From the NCBI RefSeq assembly GCF_036321535.1, contig NC_087437.1:78990001-79054000 (forward strand): 64,000 bases of DNA. Direction: 5' to 3'. Source of the DNA: Camelus dromedarius. Lineage: Eukaryota. Positions within the stretch are counted from its first letter, which is position 1. Every line of letters starts with the position of its first letter. The position numbers and the translations under genes are program-made. Below the pieces are notes generated by a model. That model was given only the letters and a program-made list of their open reading frames with translations. It was not told the DNA's origin and did no database searches. This document shows, piece by piece, positions 12,331-25,726 of this stretch.

Positions 12331-15300
12331 TTTTTAGCATTTTTAAAAAATGCAATTGATGAAGCATACCAGATATTTACATTTCTTAGGTCGTAATAGG
12401 ACAAAAATTCTAATTTGCTATCATTGATAAATGTGAGAGAACAACTTTTTTCAAAACTAGTAATTAATGGGAAAATAACAAGCATTCATTCCTGCTTTTC
12501 CTATAGAAATGGAAAGAGGATTGACAAAGAATCAATGGTTGATGTGAAAGGCAAATGAAATAATTAATAATAAAACTCTGTTGTCTTTTGAGAAATTGAT
12601 ATTTTGGCTTATCATCACAAAAGGCACAAGCACACTGGTCATAAACTCTAAAATGCAAACCAATGTATTTTTTCTCTTTTTACCAAATCCCTGTATCACA
12701 CCACCTTTATTAAAGATGTTTAAGTTTAAGGCTGGCGAGGTTGACTAATCCAAGTGATACAAAGAAGATAATAAACCTGACCCAGTAATCTCATTAGGTG
12801 GTCACTGCCACTCAGATATGCAAAATTCTTGTATTTACTCATCCACACTTATAAACAGCAAGTGATGTTTTCCTCAGAGGGAAGAGCCTTGCAGCAAGAG
12901 ACTGTAAAATAGTCTTGCTTGTTTTTAAATTGTTAATTTCTGTAACAAAACATTTAAAAGCAACAACAACAAAATAAATGGAGTTAAATAAAAACAGGAT
13001 AGTAGTACCATATGGATATGTATGAGAAATTGAGCAGCAGGGTGTCACACACATGCATCAAATTTAAAGTCCATCTTTATCTTGTGAACTGGATTCAAAT
13101 CCACCTCTATCCTGTAATTGTCAAATAAAACCCTTTAAAGTCAGAAATTGCTTCCTAAATCCTTAAGTTTCTGTAACTAATATAAGTCTGCACCTATGTT
13201 TTTACCATTAGTCCAAGAGTTGTTTCAGTAAAGCCTAAAAGATTAGCTAGTGGTTTGTGTCAGCCAGATGTTTTATAGCCAATTGCCAACAGAACTGAGA
13301 GACACAATGGCATATTTACAATAGCAGAGTGTCCATAGATCACTCATGAACTGGAACAGGTTACTGTGGAAATGGCCTTTAATATGGTGAGTCAATTACT
13401 ACCATATACTCAAAATGCAAAAGGGTGATACGTAGTGTACAGGGAAAATCATATTTAGGTGCTTGACATTTTAAAGATGTAATCATATTATTAATGTGAC
13501 ATTTTAAAAACAGAAATGGATATCATAAAAAAGTAAATTATCAGATAGGGAACTCAAAAAACGTTGGTGCCTATTAGAATGTAGAGAAAATGGCTGTATA
13601 TACTACATGAATTTGCTTCAAATGACATATGTGTGATAAAGAACAGTGAGGGCTCTAAAGCAGGAAAAAAAAATTATCTATTAGTATCCATATTTTCAGA
13701 TACCATTATTTTCTCTCTTTATCCTGAAGACAAACTTCAGTTTTAGTTGCTATTTATAACTGTGGATGAGTAAATATAAGAACATTGTATATTTGAATGG
13801 CAGTAACCACCCAGTGAGATTACAGGCTTATTATCTTGTTAGTATCATTTTTATTTACCAATAATAGTTTGGAAGTTTCCTCAGGGCTTAAAAATTAGGT
13901 TAGATAGCTCATCAACAGTGCACCATATGGATTAAAGTATCTGGAACTTTCTGTATTACGTGATAGGAATCATGGGTTTCTGATGTATTCTGTTAAAGAA
14001 GAATTATAGATACTCATCTTCAGCTGGAAGATATCCACAAGAGAACTATAAACTCTCAATTTAAAAGGATGTATTTCTTTTCCCCTTGTATTTATAGGTG
14101 CTATGACATCATAATGCTGGGAACTATCGTATTTATATGTTTTCTGTAAAGGGATCACTTACTGTAAGACTATTAAACTGACTGAAGTACAGTCACTAAA
14201 ATTGCAACAATTAGATCCCCTCCTATGTGACTAGGTGAGGAAATTTCTTTGGGGTATTGAACATCAGTGTGGATTAATTAATCTAATGGAGCAGGAAATC
14301 AGGATGATTATTTTCCTAAAGATGAGTATATGCTTACCTGAGAAATTATCTGACCTCCTGTGTGTTCTGACACTTTTACTCAGAACAGTATCTTACAGAA
14401 TTGCCTAAACATATCGATACTTACAGTAACAAATGTGAGTCTCCTCTATTCTCCCTGCTTGTAAATATCTGTAATTCGAAAAATGTTTGTTTTTCCATGC
14501 ATGTAATAAACTATACTCCACACATTGCAGTTTTGAATGATGCTGTGCATATGCAACAGGAAGTAGCAGTTTTTAATTGCAGAAATGAATAAAAGAAAGA
14601 TCCACTTGTGTAGGAAATCAGATTTTAATGAAATTGTCATTAATATTTATGTTAAATGTCATCTAAATCTAAAGAGACATGTTAACATTAGTGTCTGAAT
14701 ATGCTAGGATTGCTTGAAACTACATTTCTAAGGAAATATTTTGTTTTTATTCAAAAGCTCTCTGATTTCTGCTCAAATGTTTATTGTTTTACGTGAAAAT
14801 GCTTTCTCATTTTAGCTCCAGATGTTCACAGAGCAAACACAAAACATGGTAGATAAATGAGAGTTTACAGCTTTAAGCATAAATTGATTGTTTCATTCAC
14901 TAACAGGTTACTCTGATAAGGTCTTCTGATGACTAAAAAGCAAAATATTCTTTCTACATGGTTGTTATAGCTCACAGCATTATGTACTTACTATGCAACA
15001 TTTCACTTAAAATTTCTTATTCTTATCCAATAAACACAGGCTGTATCTTTTTACTCTTAAGAGGTCATTTTGGTATTTACTATTTACAGTTTTAAGAAAT
15101 TATGTTTCATGAAAATATTACTGAAGCTTAAATAATAGTGTTTGGAGAGTTAGAATGAAATTATTAGAATATGTAACTTTTCAAAAATGAGGGGATATGA
15201 TAAAATGTTTATGATGAATTGCGATCAATATATCAAATGCAGTACACATGCACAATAGTTGGGTACAATTATACTCATCTATCATACATAATTGACCACA

Positions 15301-18300
15301 TGCTTTTATATTAATAATATATTTTCCTAAAATCATAATTCCTTTGCATATTCTCAGTGTAATCAAACATGCTTACTGTAGTTTTTAAAAAATTTTTTTT
15401 TCTAATTCTCTAATCTTGCATTGTACTTTTCATCAGAGATGTCAATAATCCTTTATGTCCATTATAGAAACTTGCCCAGAGTGCTCAGAAGTGGTTGATT
15501 TACCAAATTATGGACTATAAATAAAAAATGAAGTGGTCTACTTATAAATTAACAGAAGAAAACCCACCAAATTTTTTCTGAAGTATGGACTTTGAGAGTC
15601 CATGCATTTACATTAATAGTAAAGTTATTGTTAAGATAATTTTAGAACTTATTTAGTATCTATCTTTAAAACAAGGCTACTAGCCTCATAGAGAAGCAGT
15701 TATTTCTTCTATATTCATCCTTCTTTCTCCCTGTCTCTCCTAATAGATTCATTTAAGAATTTTAAGGAACCCAAACTTTGTAGTGATTTTTTAAAAAGCA
15801 ATCATATGAAAGTCATTCTTTCAATGATCCATTAGTGTGGGGAAGCATATGCAGCACATGCAGCAGCAGGTGCATGGAATCCACTTTAAACAATCCCCCA
15901 GGTGGCTGATGTCCTAAATGCACCCTAAGCACCATGAAGTATGGAACACAAGTCATGCCAAATATAGCTTATGTGCTATACAGACTTCTCAAAACAAGCT
16001 TTGGACTAGAAGTAAGGATATATGTGTTCCCACTACCATTCCAATCTGAAAATACAAGAAGTACACCTAGTTCACTCTATTTCACAAGGATATTAAAAAT
16101 AAAAGTGTAAACTCATGTCACAGTCAGGCCTTAGTATAGAATAGAATACTGTTATAGAACAGACAGGTTAATTTTTTTTTTAACTACTCCTGTTTCCTAT
16201 ATCACACAGCTTCCCCCCTACCCCACCATAAGGCAACACAGTGTTGTCATTCTCTACAGGGCTTTATCTCAAAATGAATAAAGCATAACATGCAACTGAC
16301 ATTTTTGTTTGATTTTACAATTACCTAATTGTTGAACATACTCTGAGAGTTCTGACATCTTGGAAACTAGATCAGAAAAAATATTTTAGAATTGATTAAC
16401 GTCTTCAAAATGACAGTGATAACAATCACCTTTACCTTGTGTTCTGTCCTCCAGAAGGAGGATTATTTACATTATAGGTAAAGTGATAGGAGCTGAAGTT
16501 GTGGAAAGACTATAAACAATGATTTGTCGTATTTCATAGGCAGGGAGGATGGCTTACTATGCAAATTATTTTTCCTTTCCTCCTTTTTCTTTTTCTTCCT
16601 TCTTCTCCCTCTACTCCTTTTACTTTCTTTTTTTCTTTGTAAGGTTTTGGATGAAGCAAATTTTCATTCTTAGATATCAACTTCTGGAAGTGATATCAAA
16701 GTAATTAAGAATAAACTATAACCTTAATCAATAAATCTTTTTATTTTTGAGATGAATGTAAGTGTGGCTATAGAAAATTATCTAAGATAGATTGGGGAAA
16801 TAGAAAAGAGGTCTTATCGTCATTAAACATGAATTTATGTAGAGGAAGGAAATTTAGCTTCTTTTTTCAAAGGAAAATTAATCCTATTATTCTTTTTTTA
16901 ATACCCTAAAGACAAAGTTATTATCTTAATATATATAATATATATATATATATATAGGTATAGGGTTAGGGTTAATATATGTGTGTATTATGTTTATGAG
17001 TCTATCTGCCTATCATCTATCTATCACCTGTTCAAGAGTGACTTTTATGCATTTGTATCAAAGCCATGTGTTCATATCAAACACAATATTTATATATTTG
17101 AGGAAATTCCATTTGATTTTAAATAGCATTTTTAAAAGTGCTTTTGTGAAGCATGGGACTCCAAATTACCTATATAAAGTCAATGATAAATAATGGGTGG
17201 GTCAACCCCATTTTTTTGTCTTAAATGTGTAAGTGTGCTATTTAGTTTTCTAAAGAGAAAACTGGTTTGAGCTATATAATAGGCTTATAATGACTAATAC
17301 GGTTATAAGCAAATTGTTCAGATGCATTTTGTTTTTCTCAAATTTGGTCTTTTATCTGAGAATCTTTTTTTCTGGTTAAGAGATGTGAAATGATTCTTCT
17401 TTTGTTTAACTTTTATGAACAAAACTAACAGAAGATTTTATTCTATTAAGTCTGAAAAATATAGTAGATAGGATTATGTTTATGATCAAAATTTTAGATA
17501 ATGAACACAGCACATTTGCTCATGCTCCTACCTATGCTTATCAAATTCATGACAATAGTTGCAATGTTTCAATTAGGACAATTTATTTAGGAGTAAACAT
17601 ACTGGTAATACTGAGAAGGAAGAGAAAGTCTCAATAAAAAAGAAGAAGAAAAGTAAGGCAAAAGGGAAGAGGAGAAAGAGGAGGGGAGAAAAGGAAGGAG
17701 GGAAGGATAGGAATGAAGGAAGGAAAGCCAACATCTGGTGTTAGAGAGAAAGTTCATTTCAGTCTTTAGTAATGAGACTACAAGAAAAATTCTTCCCTCT
17801 TTTATTAGATTTATGTTATGATGTCATCAATACTCTGAAACAGAAGCTGCCAATGTTGTGAGTATACAACATTATAAAATGATGACATCCACTCCTCCAA
17901 AAAAGTATCATTTTTGTTTAAAAAATCCTTTACTACATTCTCAGTTATACTGAATTTACTACACTTTATTTTTTTCCACTTTGTCAATATCCCAAAGCTA
18001 ATGTCCCAGAATGAAGTGGATGATAACCACCTTGCTGCAGGCTGTAGTTTATTAAAAGGAGTATGAAGAAGAGTCACAGTTTACTTTCTTTTTGAGTAGT
18101 GCTGAATCTTCTCTCCATAAAGAATCAGTTCGGTCAATCATTAGAAATACTCACAAAGACTAAAATGTCCCCCAAAAGTAAATGCTAAAGTGTAGCAAGT
18201 CAGCTGTGGACACACTAAGTGCTGTAGCCTTTTGCAGAGAGCTGCATACTTGCCAGCAAGTGGAACATCCTTTCTGCAAATGTTTGTAAGTGTCCTAGAT

Positions 18301-20039
18301 TGTGAATTGTTTTAACTCACAGTGAGCTTGCTTCACTCTATGCTATTTCCTCATTCAGTCTAGCAAGCTAGTGCTTTTTATGTGTGTGCAGTTTATGGAG
18401 TCATCCCTTTAAAATATTTATGGATGTAAGATGATTTATTTATTTTTAGAAACAATCTAAAATACAAAGCTACAACCATTATCTTGTACCAATTGTATTA
18501 ATAACCCTTTAATTCTCAATTTTCCAGAAAATACAAAATGATGAAACCCTAAATATTATGGACTGACCTGAGGAAATAAGATACATTTCAATTCTGTGGC
18601 CCAAGGATGAAGTTAATTTCTTTTGTTAGAGATCCCTTAAGTTTATTTAGTTGCAAAAGGACTAGAACCTCAGCATAAAATATTTCACAACTAATTTTAT
18701 TACTGTCATGTAAGACATAAATGGGAAAGAAAAGTCAGGCCAAAAGGAATAATTTGAGTGTTTCTCTGATTATCATTAAATCTAAATGCCTATAAATCAT
18801 TTTAGGTTCTTAATTTACATTCAGTACTTTCCTATGCAAATGCCTATCATCTTAAATAAAATTGTAAATGAATTTGATTCCATGTGGCTCAAAACACTAA
18901 AATAGGACCAAATTCTTTACTACTGCTAATCTAATAAAAATACTCAGTACATGATCGAACTATCAAAATGCGTTTTTTTTTTTTTTTTTTTGGACATGTG
19001 GATCACAACTCAGCTTCCTCAGGGAAATCCTCTGACTTCAAATAGAATCACAAACAGAAGCTCATAACAGTATGAGCCTCATTAACCACATAATTTGCAA
19101 TCCTTGAGAAGAGGGGTTAAAGAGCTAGAGTGAAATGGCAAATGGCTTGCAGTGCCTAAGCCTTACAAGCAGATACAGTTCACATACATAACAGTCCTTT
19201 CATTATGCAAATATCTCAAAAACCACTGCAGTTGGCACATCAGGGACATTTTTTTTTTTTTTGCTTTTTTGGTTCCCATTATTAATTATTAATGAAATGA
19301 AGAAGCAAATCCAGTATTCTATAAATCATTAATTTTTATCTGTATGATCAGAAGAGAATTAACAATCATAGTTGTTTCCAGAAATTTGATGTATAAGGAT
19401 ATGGTGGAACAATTTGTCATTGAAGAATATCCATGGTTTCTTTTCATTTGAAGCAGGGAGAGGGTAAAATTCAGTAATTACCATTAGAATTATGAATCAT
19501 TCATAAAAGTTTGAATTTTAATGACCTCAGATACAACATTCATCACTCAGGTTGAAAATATTTTATTATTCAGTTATTAAACATGTAATGCAGTGTTGCA
19601 TTCAAAATGAGAAATTATCCTGTGTAAACTATTATGCAAGGATATTAGTCCATATATGTTTATTTATGCTAGATTATGCACAGTCTTGCACTTTATTTTC
19701 TCAAAATATAAAAATTAATGGAAAATAGTTCACATTATGAAAATTCCTGCTGATTATCCACATATTCTGAGTTCTTGTCAACATAGCCACTTATAATGAT
19801 ACAATTTAATCATACCCCTTAACTTTTATTTAACTTAAAGAAAAAATTGCCTGTCATTTCAAATTCATATGCCTTATAATGGAGACTCCCACATGGAATG
19901 GGTCGTAATACCAAATTCGGGACAATTATGTAGATGTACCTTTAAGTTATGAAATATTTCTTAGTGTTGACTCAGTGATGACCCAGCCTTGAATTTATAT
20001 TTTGAAATGTGAGATTATATTGAGTATCAGTTTACCCAT

Positions 20040-20512
20040 TTGGTAGACAGGACAGTTACCCCTCAAAGATGTATACATCCTAATCCCAGAAACCTGTGAA
20101 TATGTTACTGTAAATGGCAAGAGTCTTTACAGATCTGATTAAATAGTGAATCTTGAGATGGGAAGGCTACCTGAATAATACAGATGGGCCCAGTGTAATC
20201 ACAAAAATATTCATAAAAGTGGGTCAGGAGGGTCGGAGTCAAAGAAGGAGGTGTAAAGACAGCAGCAGAGATCAGAGTGATGCTGTTTCTGGAAGGGGCC
20301 ATGAGTCCAGAAATGCAGACAATCTGTAGAGGCTAGAAAAGCCAAGGAATGGAATCTTCCCTAGAGCCTCTAGAAGCAGCACAGCCCAGCTAATATCTTG
20401 ACTTTAGCAAGTAGGATCCATTGCTGGTCACCATAAGTGTAAGATAATAAATTTGTGTGTTGAAGCCACTGTTTGTGGTAATTAGTTACAGAAGCAATAG
20501 AAAATGAATGCA
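20040..20512 (+). mobile_element. MaLR solo LTR, MLT1D-like
   Basis: 'ccctcaaagatgtatacatcctaatcccagaaacctgtgaatatgttac...cctagagcctctagaag...taagataataaatttgtgtgttgaagccactgtttgtggtaattagttacagaagcaatagaaaatgaatgca'. Confidence 0.9.
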
Positions 20513-20989
20513 CTGAGATAATGTACAATTTTCTCTCTTCCCATTTTCAAATTAAAGATAATTCTTAGTAGTTAAAAACATCTATATTTCTATTTCATCC
20601 AGAAAAGAAAGAATACAAGTGTATCAGCAGTACAGTAATTCTGCACATGACATTCAGTGTCATACTTCCTTATTCTAAGATATTTATGCACAGGGAAGGG
20701 TCCTAACTAGTTCACCTTTCTCCTATGGCTCTACTATGCTTTTGTTTCCTTAACTGTTGCACTTTTCTAATATTATTTCTTTCTTTTCAGTTATTTATAG
20801 GAATCCATAAAAATAACAGTGATTCAGGCAAATAACTAGTAATAATAGTAATAATTGTTCTTAATTTTATATCATCATTTATCTTAATCCCTTGCCATCG
20901 TGAAGGGACAAGTCTTAGCGAAGAAGATTTTAAATGTGGATTTTATTTCTTCCTTCATCCCTCGGCAAACCTGCAAAAGTTGACAAAAT

Positions 20990-23140
20990 CTTTTCTTTTA
21001 TATTTCGACTTTAAATTTTCATGTAATTTTAGATTCACATGCACTTGTAAGAAGTAATACAAAGTAACCAGATATAACTATCCTCCAACTGTAACATCTT
21101 ACTAGGGAATTGACATTGCTATACTCTAGCAGTCTTACTAAGACTAAACTATTTTTATATGCATTCATGTGCATATGTATGTGTGTCTGCCCATGTTTAT
21201 ATTTGCTTCTGCATAATTTTATCACATTTGTAGACCTGTGTGATCACCATCACAATAAAATGCAGAAAAGTTCTATTACAAGGATCCTTCTTGCTGCACT
21301 TATAGGCACTGCCATCTTCCTCCTCTCTACTGAATAAAGCCCTGGCAACTACTATCTCTTCTCTGTTCTATAATTTTGTCATTTCAAGAATGTTATTTAA
21401 ATGGAATCTTACAGGGTATAATATTTTGAGATTACAGTTTCCATTCAGTGTAACACTTAAACTATTACTTTGTTTACTTCACTCATTATTTCTAAGAATT
21501 ATTTTGTAGATTTCTTGGGATTTTTTTTAATAGACAACCATGTCACCTGGAAACAGAATTTATTTATTGTAAGCTGTATGTATTTTACTTATTTGTTTAT
21601 TTTTTTGCCTATTGATGTGGCTAGAACTCCCAGTATTATGTGGAATAGGAAGGATGAGAGTGGACATTTAGATTTCAATTTTAGATGGAAAGCACTCAGT
21701 CTTTCCCCATTAAGTGTGTTAGTTGTAGGATTTTTGTAAATCCTTTTTATCAAATTAATGACGTTTCCCTCTATTTCTAATTTATTGATATACTCTATAT
21801 TGAATGTGTGTTGAATTTCAAATGCCCTTTCTTCATCAATTCATAGGAAAACATGACTTTTCGTCTTAGCTTGTTATGCTAGGTTACATTAAGTGGTTTT
21901 GCATATTCTGAACCATTCTTGCATACATAGAATAAATCCCAATTAGTAATGTTGTATGATTCTTTTTATTCTTTCCTTGATTTGATTAGCTATGTTTTGT
22001 TGACAATTTTTTTGCCTTAGTTCATGAGATAGTAATTTTTCTTTTTTTGTTACTGTCCTTGCTTGGCTTTGGTATCAAACTAGTCTCATAAAATGAGTTG
22101 AGAAGTATTCCCTCTCTTGTATTTTTCAGAAGAGATTGCATAAAATTGGTTTTAATTTTTCTTTAAATATTGGGCAGAATTATTTAGTGAAATTATGTGG
22201 ACTTGGATATTTGTTTTTCAGATTTTAATTACAAACCAGATGTCTCTAGTGATTATAAAACTCTTCAGGTTGTCTATTTCATCTTGGTTGAGTTTTGGTA
22301 GTTTGTGGTTTTTGAGGACTTGGTCCTTTTCTTTTAAGTTGTCATATATATGAGCAAGCATAGAATTACTTGTACTATTACCTTATAATTTTTATTGCTT
22401 AAAAATCTATGGCACTACCCTCTGTTTTCATTCCTAATATTGGTTTGTATCTTCTCTGTCTTTATCATTCTTGATTTACCAATTTTATTGATATTTTGGA
22501 AGAATCAGCATTTTGCCTTATTGATTTTTCTCAATTGCTTTCAGTCATTTCAAGAATGTTAATATAAATGGAATGATATATAATGGAATTGATTTCTGCT
22601 CTTTTATAATTTTTTTGTTTCTGTGGTTTAGGTTTATTTTCTCTTCTAGTTTTCTAAGGTAGTAACTTAGATGATCAAAAATGAGATGATCAAAATGAGA
22701 CTTTGTCTCTTTTAAAGAGTAAATGTTTACTATTGTACAACTTCCTCTCTGTACTAATTTAGCTGGATCTTGTACATTTTAGTAAATTATATTTTCATTC
22801 CATTCAGATCCATATATTTCATAATTTATTATAAATTATGAGACTTTTGATCTGTAGATTTTTTTTAAAAAGTGTATTTATTTAATTTCCAAGCTTTTGA
22901 AGATTTTTATAGGCTTTCTGTTATTAAAACAGAAATGCTTAATCATATCTTAATTATTCAATTATTTTCATAGAATATACTCTGCATGATTTCAGTTCTT
23001 TTAAATTTCTTGAGGTTTATCTTATGACCCTGGATAGTCTGAATCTTGCTGACTGTTCCATGAGGGCTTAAAAAACATATGTATTCTGCTGTTTGTCTGA
23101 TGGGGTGATGCATATATGTCAACTTATTGGCTGATTTATT
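20990..23140 (-). mobile_element. Antisense L1 (L1MC/L1MB-like 3'UTR joined to ORF2 body, internally deleted)
   Basis: 3'UTR 'ttttagattcacatgcacttgtaagaagtaataca...gtcatttcaagaatgtt' (21030-21400); ORF2 body 'ggctagaactcccagtattatgtggaatagga...aaagcactcagtctttccccattaagt' through ~23100. Confidence 0.85.
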
Positions 23141-23149
23141 CAACCATTT

Positions 23150-23300
23150 CCTTTTGTGCCTCAGTCCCACCAGTCACCTAGTCCTTATTTCTTCCTCTAT
23201 AAAATGGAAAAAAGCACTTCCCAGTATTGCAGGATTTTTGTGAGGATCATATGGAATAACATAGGTAAAAGTTCTTTGTTATTATTAAAATACCACACAT
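23150..23300 (+). mobile_element. MIR fragment
   Basis: 'tgtgcctcagt...ttcctctataaaatgg...caggatttttgtgaggatcatatgg' matches the MIR core. Confidence 0.55.
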
Positions 23301-23809
23301 GTCTGATGACATTATCATATCTCTGCAATGAGTATATCTTTTCCATAAACTCAAGACTGAAATTGAATGGTATGAAAGATTTTAGCACAGTGATCAATTG
23401 AGACAAGGAGTGTATAAAATAAATAACATGCTTAGCTTCAGGTCATCCATAAAAAATGGTATTTGTGTCCCATCTACTTCTTGTCTTTAGTAAGTTCCAT
23501 ATATAAACAAAAAAGAAAAAAAGGACTGCACTCTATTTTGAATGAGCCGTAAAGATATTCAACAAATATTCACTAATAATTGTTACATTATTTATAACAC
23601 ATTAAAAATTTGACAACTCTTCAAAAATACCTCTTAAGGCAAACCATTTCTATCTGTATTTTAGAAATCATATTTAGATTCGGCTTACCACCCCCCAACT
23701 TTTCATATCACATTGTTTACTCTTTCTACTAATTTTCTGTTTGGAAATAGACTTAAAATATTTAGACTAGCATGTGGCATTCCTAAACCAAGCTGCTATC
23801 ATCAAAGAT

Positions 23810-24050
23810 AGTGCTTCTCAAACTATCTATAGGGAAAGACCAACATTTTATTTTTGATTTAATTGCCAACATGACTAGTAATTGCCATGACTTGTAACTC
23901 GCGCATCATCTAACTCACCACTCAAGTTTCACAACACCTACACTGCTCTGCAGCCTGTTTAACAATATGTCAAATAATATAACTTTTTCTATACTTTCAA
24001 GTGGGGACCACTAGTAAACAGCAAATGGTCTTCGAATAGTCCAGTACCAG
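23810..24050 (-). mobile_element. hAT-Charlie non-autonomous DNA transposon, MER119-like
   Basis: Terminus 'agtgcttctcaaact' and internal 'ctcgcgcatcatctaactcaccactcaagtttcacaacacc' match the reverse complement of the MER119 consensus as recalled. Confidence 0.6.
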
Positions 24051-24286
24051 CAGATTCTCTTATCTAACCTAGCAAACTTCTGTCAAGTCCTATGACAAAG
24101 CAACAACTTAAGATGTGATATAATTAAGGATGTGCACATGTTAAACATAAGAACCTTTCTAAATAGCATGTAGTTCTTGAACAGAAATTTTAGTGTAAAC
24201 ATGTGCATAATCACTGACATCCCCAAAAGGGTTTTCAGTTATTCTCTTGGGATCTGAGCCTTATCAAAGGTGGTAAGGAAAGTTCT

Positions 24287-25360
24287 AGTTCACGATGGCA
24301 ATGTAGGAAGATCCTGCGCTCACCTCGTCCCACAGACACACTGAGTCCACAGCCACATATGGAACAACTTCCCCTTAAAAAAATCTAAAGGATGACTGAG
24401 TGATGACTACACATCTGGCAAAGGAGAAGAAAAAAGAAGTGGGTGGAAGAAGCTGGGATTCAGTCTTTCTATAAACCCCACGCCCAGCATGGTGACTGAC
24501 AGTGGGAGGAAACCCAAAACCTGGAGCTTCTCCCTGAGGAGTGAAATGTTCTAACCCCACACTGAGTATCCCAGCTTTAAAGGCATATACTTGAAAGGCA
24601 AGCCCTGAAAACATCTCACTTTGAAAATAAATGGGGCTGGTGTTCTATGACCCACAAGACTTTATGGAGCCACGGTGCTGAAGAGCAGTCTATTAGGAGA
24701 GACAAAAAATGAGAAATGTCTTATTTTATTCTAGTGGTTTCTCAGATCACTATAGTCTTGTGGGTCAGACTCACCTGCCCCAGGGCCCAGCTCAGAGGTA
24801 GCTAATTCCACCAATGCTTAAACTGAAATAAGCTCACTTGCTTATATTAAAGTGTCAGGCTGAGGGGCAGTCAGCTAATTTAACACACACATCTAAGAGC
24901 CTCCGGGAACACTCTCAAGGACAAAGTTCAACGTAGTTGTCATAAAAACGCTCACAAAACTAGGGAGAAGAATGGATGAACACAGTGAGAACTTCACAGG
25001 GAATGGAAAATATAAAAAAGTTCCAAATAGAAGTCATAGAACTGAAGAATATGATAATTGAACTGAAAAATTTCACTAGAGGAGTTCGACAAAAGACTTG
25101 AAGAAACAGAAAAAATAATTTGGTCAATTCAAAGACAAGGCAGTGAAACTCAATCAGAGCAACAAAAAGGAAAAAAAAGAGTTAAAAAGTGATTTATGTC
25201 ATTGATCTAACAGACTATCATTTGCATCATAGGGCTCCCAGAAAAAGAGAAGAGAAAGGGACAGAAGTCTTATTTAAAGAAATAATGGCTGAATACTTTC
25301 CAAACTTGGAAAGACACCTGGATTCAGGAATCCCAGAGAATTCCAAATAACAGTAACCCA
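24287..25360 (+). mobile_element. L1 5'UTR and ORF1 5' part (laurasiatherian-type L1), interrupted by an insertion at 25361
   Basis: L1 5' end 'gatggcaatgtaggaagatcctgcgctcacctcgtcccacagacacac'; ORF1 'gaagaatggatgaacacagtgagaacttc...aaagaaataatggctgaatactttccaaacttgg'. Confidence 0.85.
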
Positions 25361-25726
25361 TGATTTCCAAGGGTTTGGGGAGAGGGAGGGAGGCAGCACC
25401 AGAAATTTTTAGGGCAATTAAATTGTCTGTATGATACTGTAGTGGTGGCTACATGTCATTATGCATTTGTCAAAATCCACAGAATTTACAGCATCAAATG
25501 TAAACCCTAATGTTAACTATGGACTTTGGTTGATAATAATGTGTCCATGTTGGTTCATCGATTGTACCAAATATGCCACACTGATGAGGGGTGTTGAGGG
25601 TAGGGGAGTATATATATGTGGGTAGGGAGGGCTATGTGTGAACTCTCTGTATTTTCTGCTCAATTCTGCTATGAACCTGAAACTGCTCTAAAAAGTAAAG
25701 TCTTTTAATGAAAAAAAACAAAACAA
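25361..25726 (+). mobile_element. L1MC1-like 3' end inserted into the L1 ORF1, with 12-bp TSD
   Basis: 'taaaccctaatgttaactatggactttggttgataataatgtgtc...ctatgaacctgaaactgctctaaaaagtaaagtct' plus A-rich tail. TSD aacagtaaccca at 25349-25360 and 25727-25738. Confidence 0.85.

Noticed and set aside
17811..18077. 88-aa minus-strand ORF
   Set aside because: No recognisable family or splice context, and this length is expected by chance.
16555..19215. Several ATGCAAAT octamer motifs as a POU enhancer cluster
   Set aside because: Expected by chance in AT-rich DNA, and no canonical adjacent SOX site.
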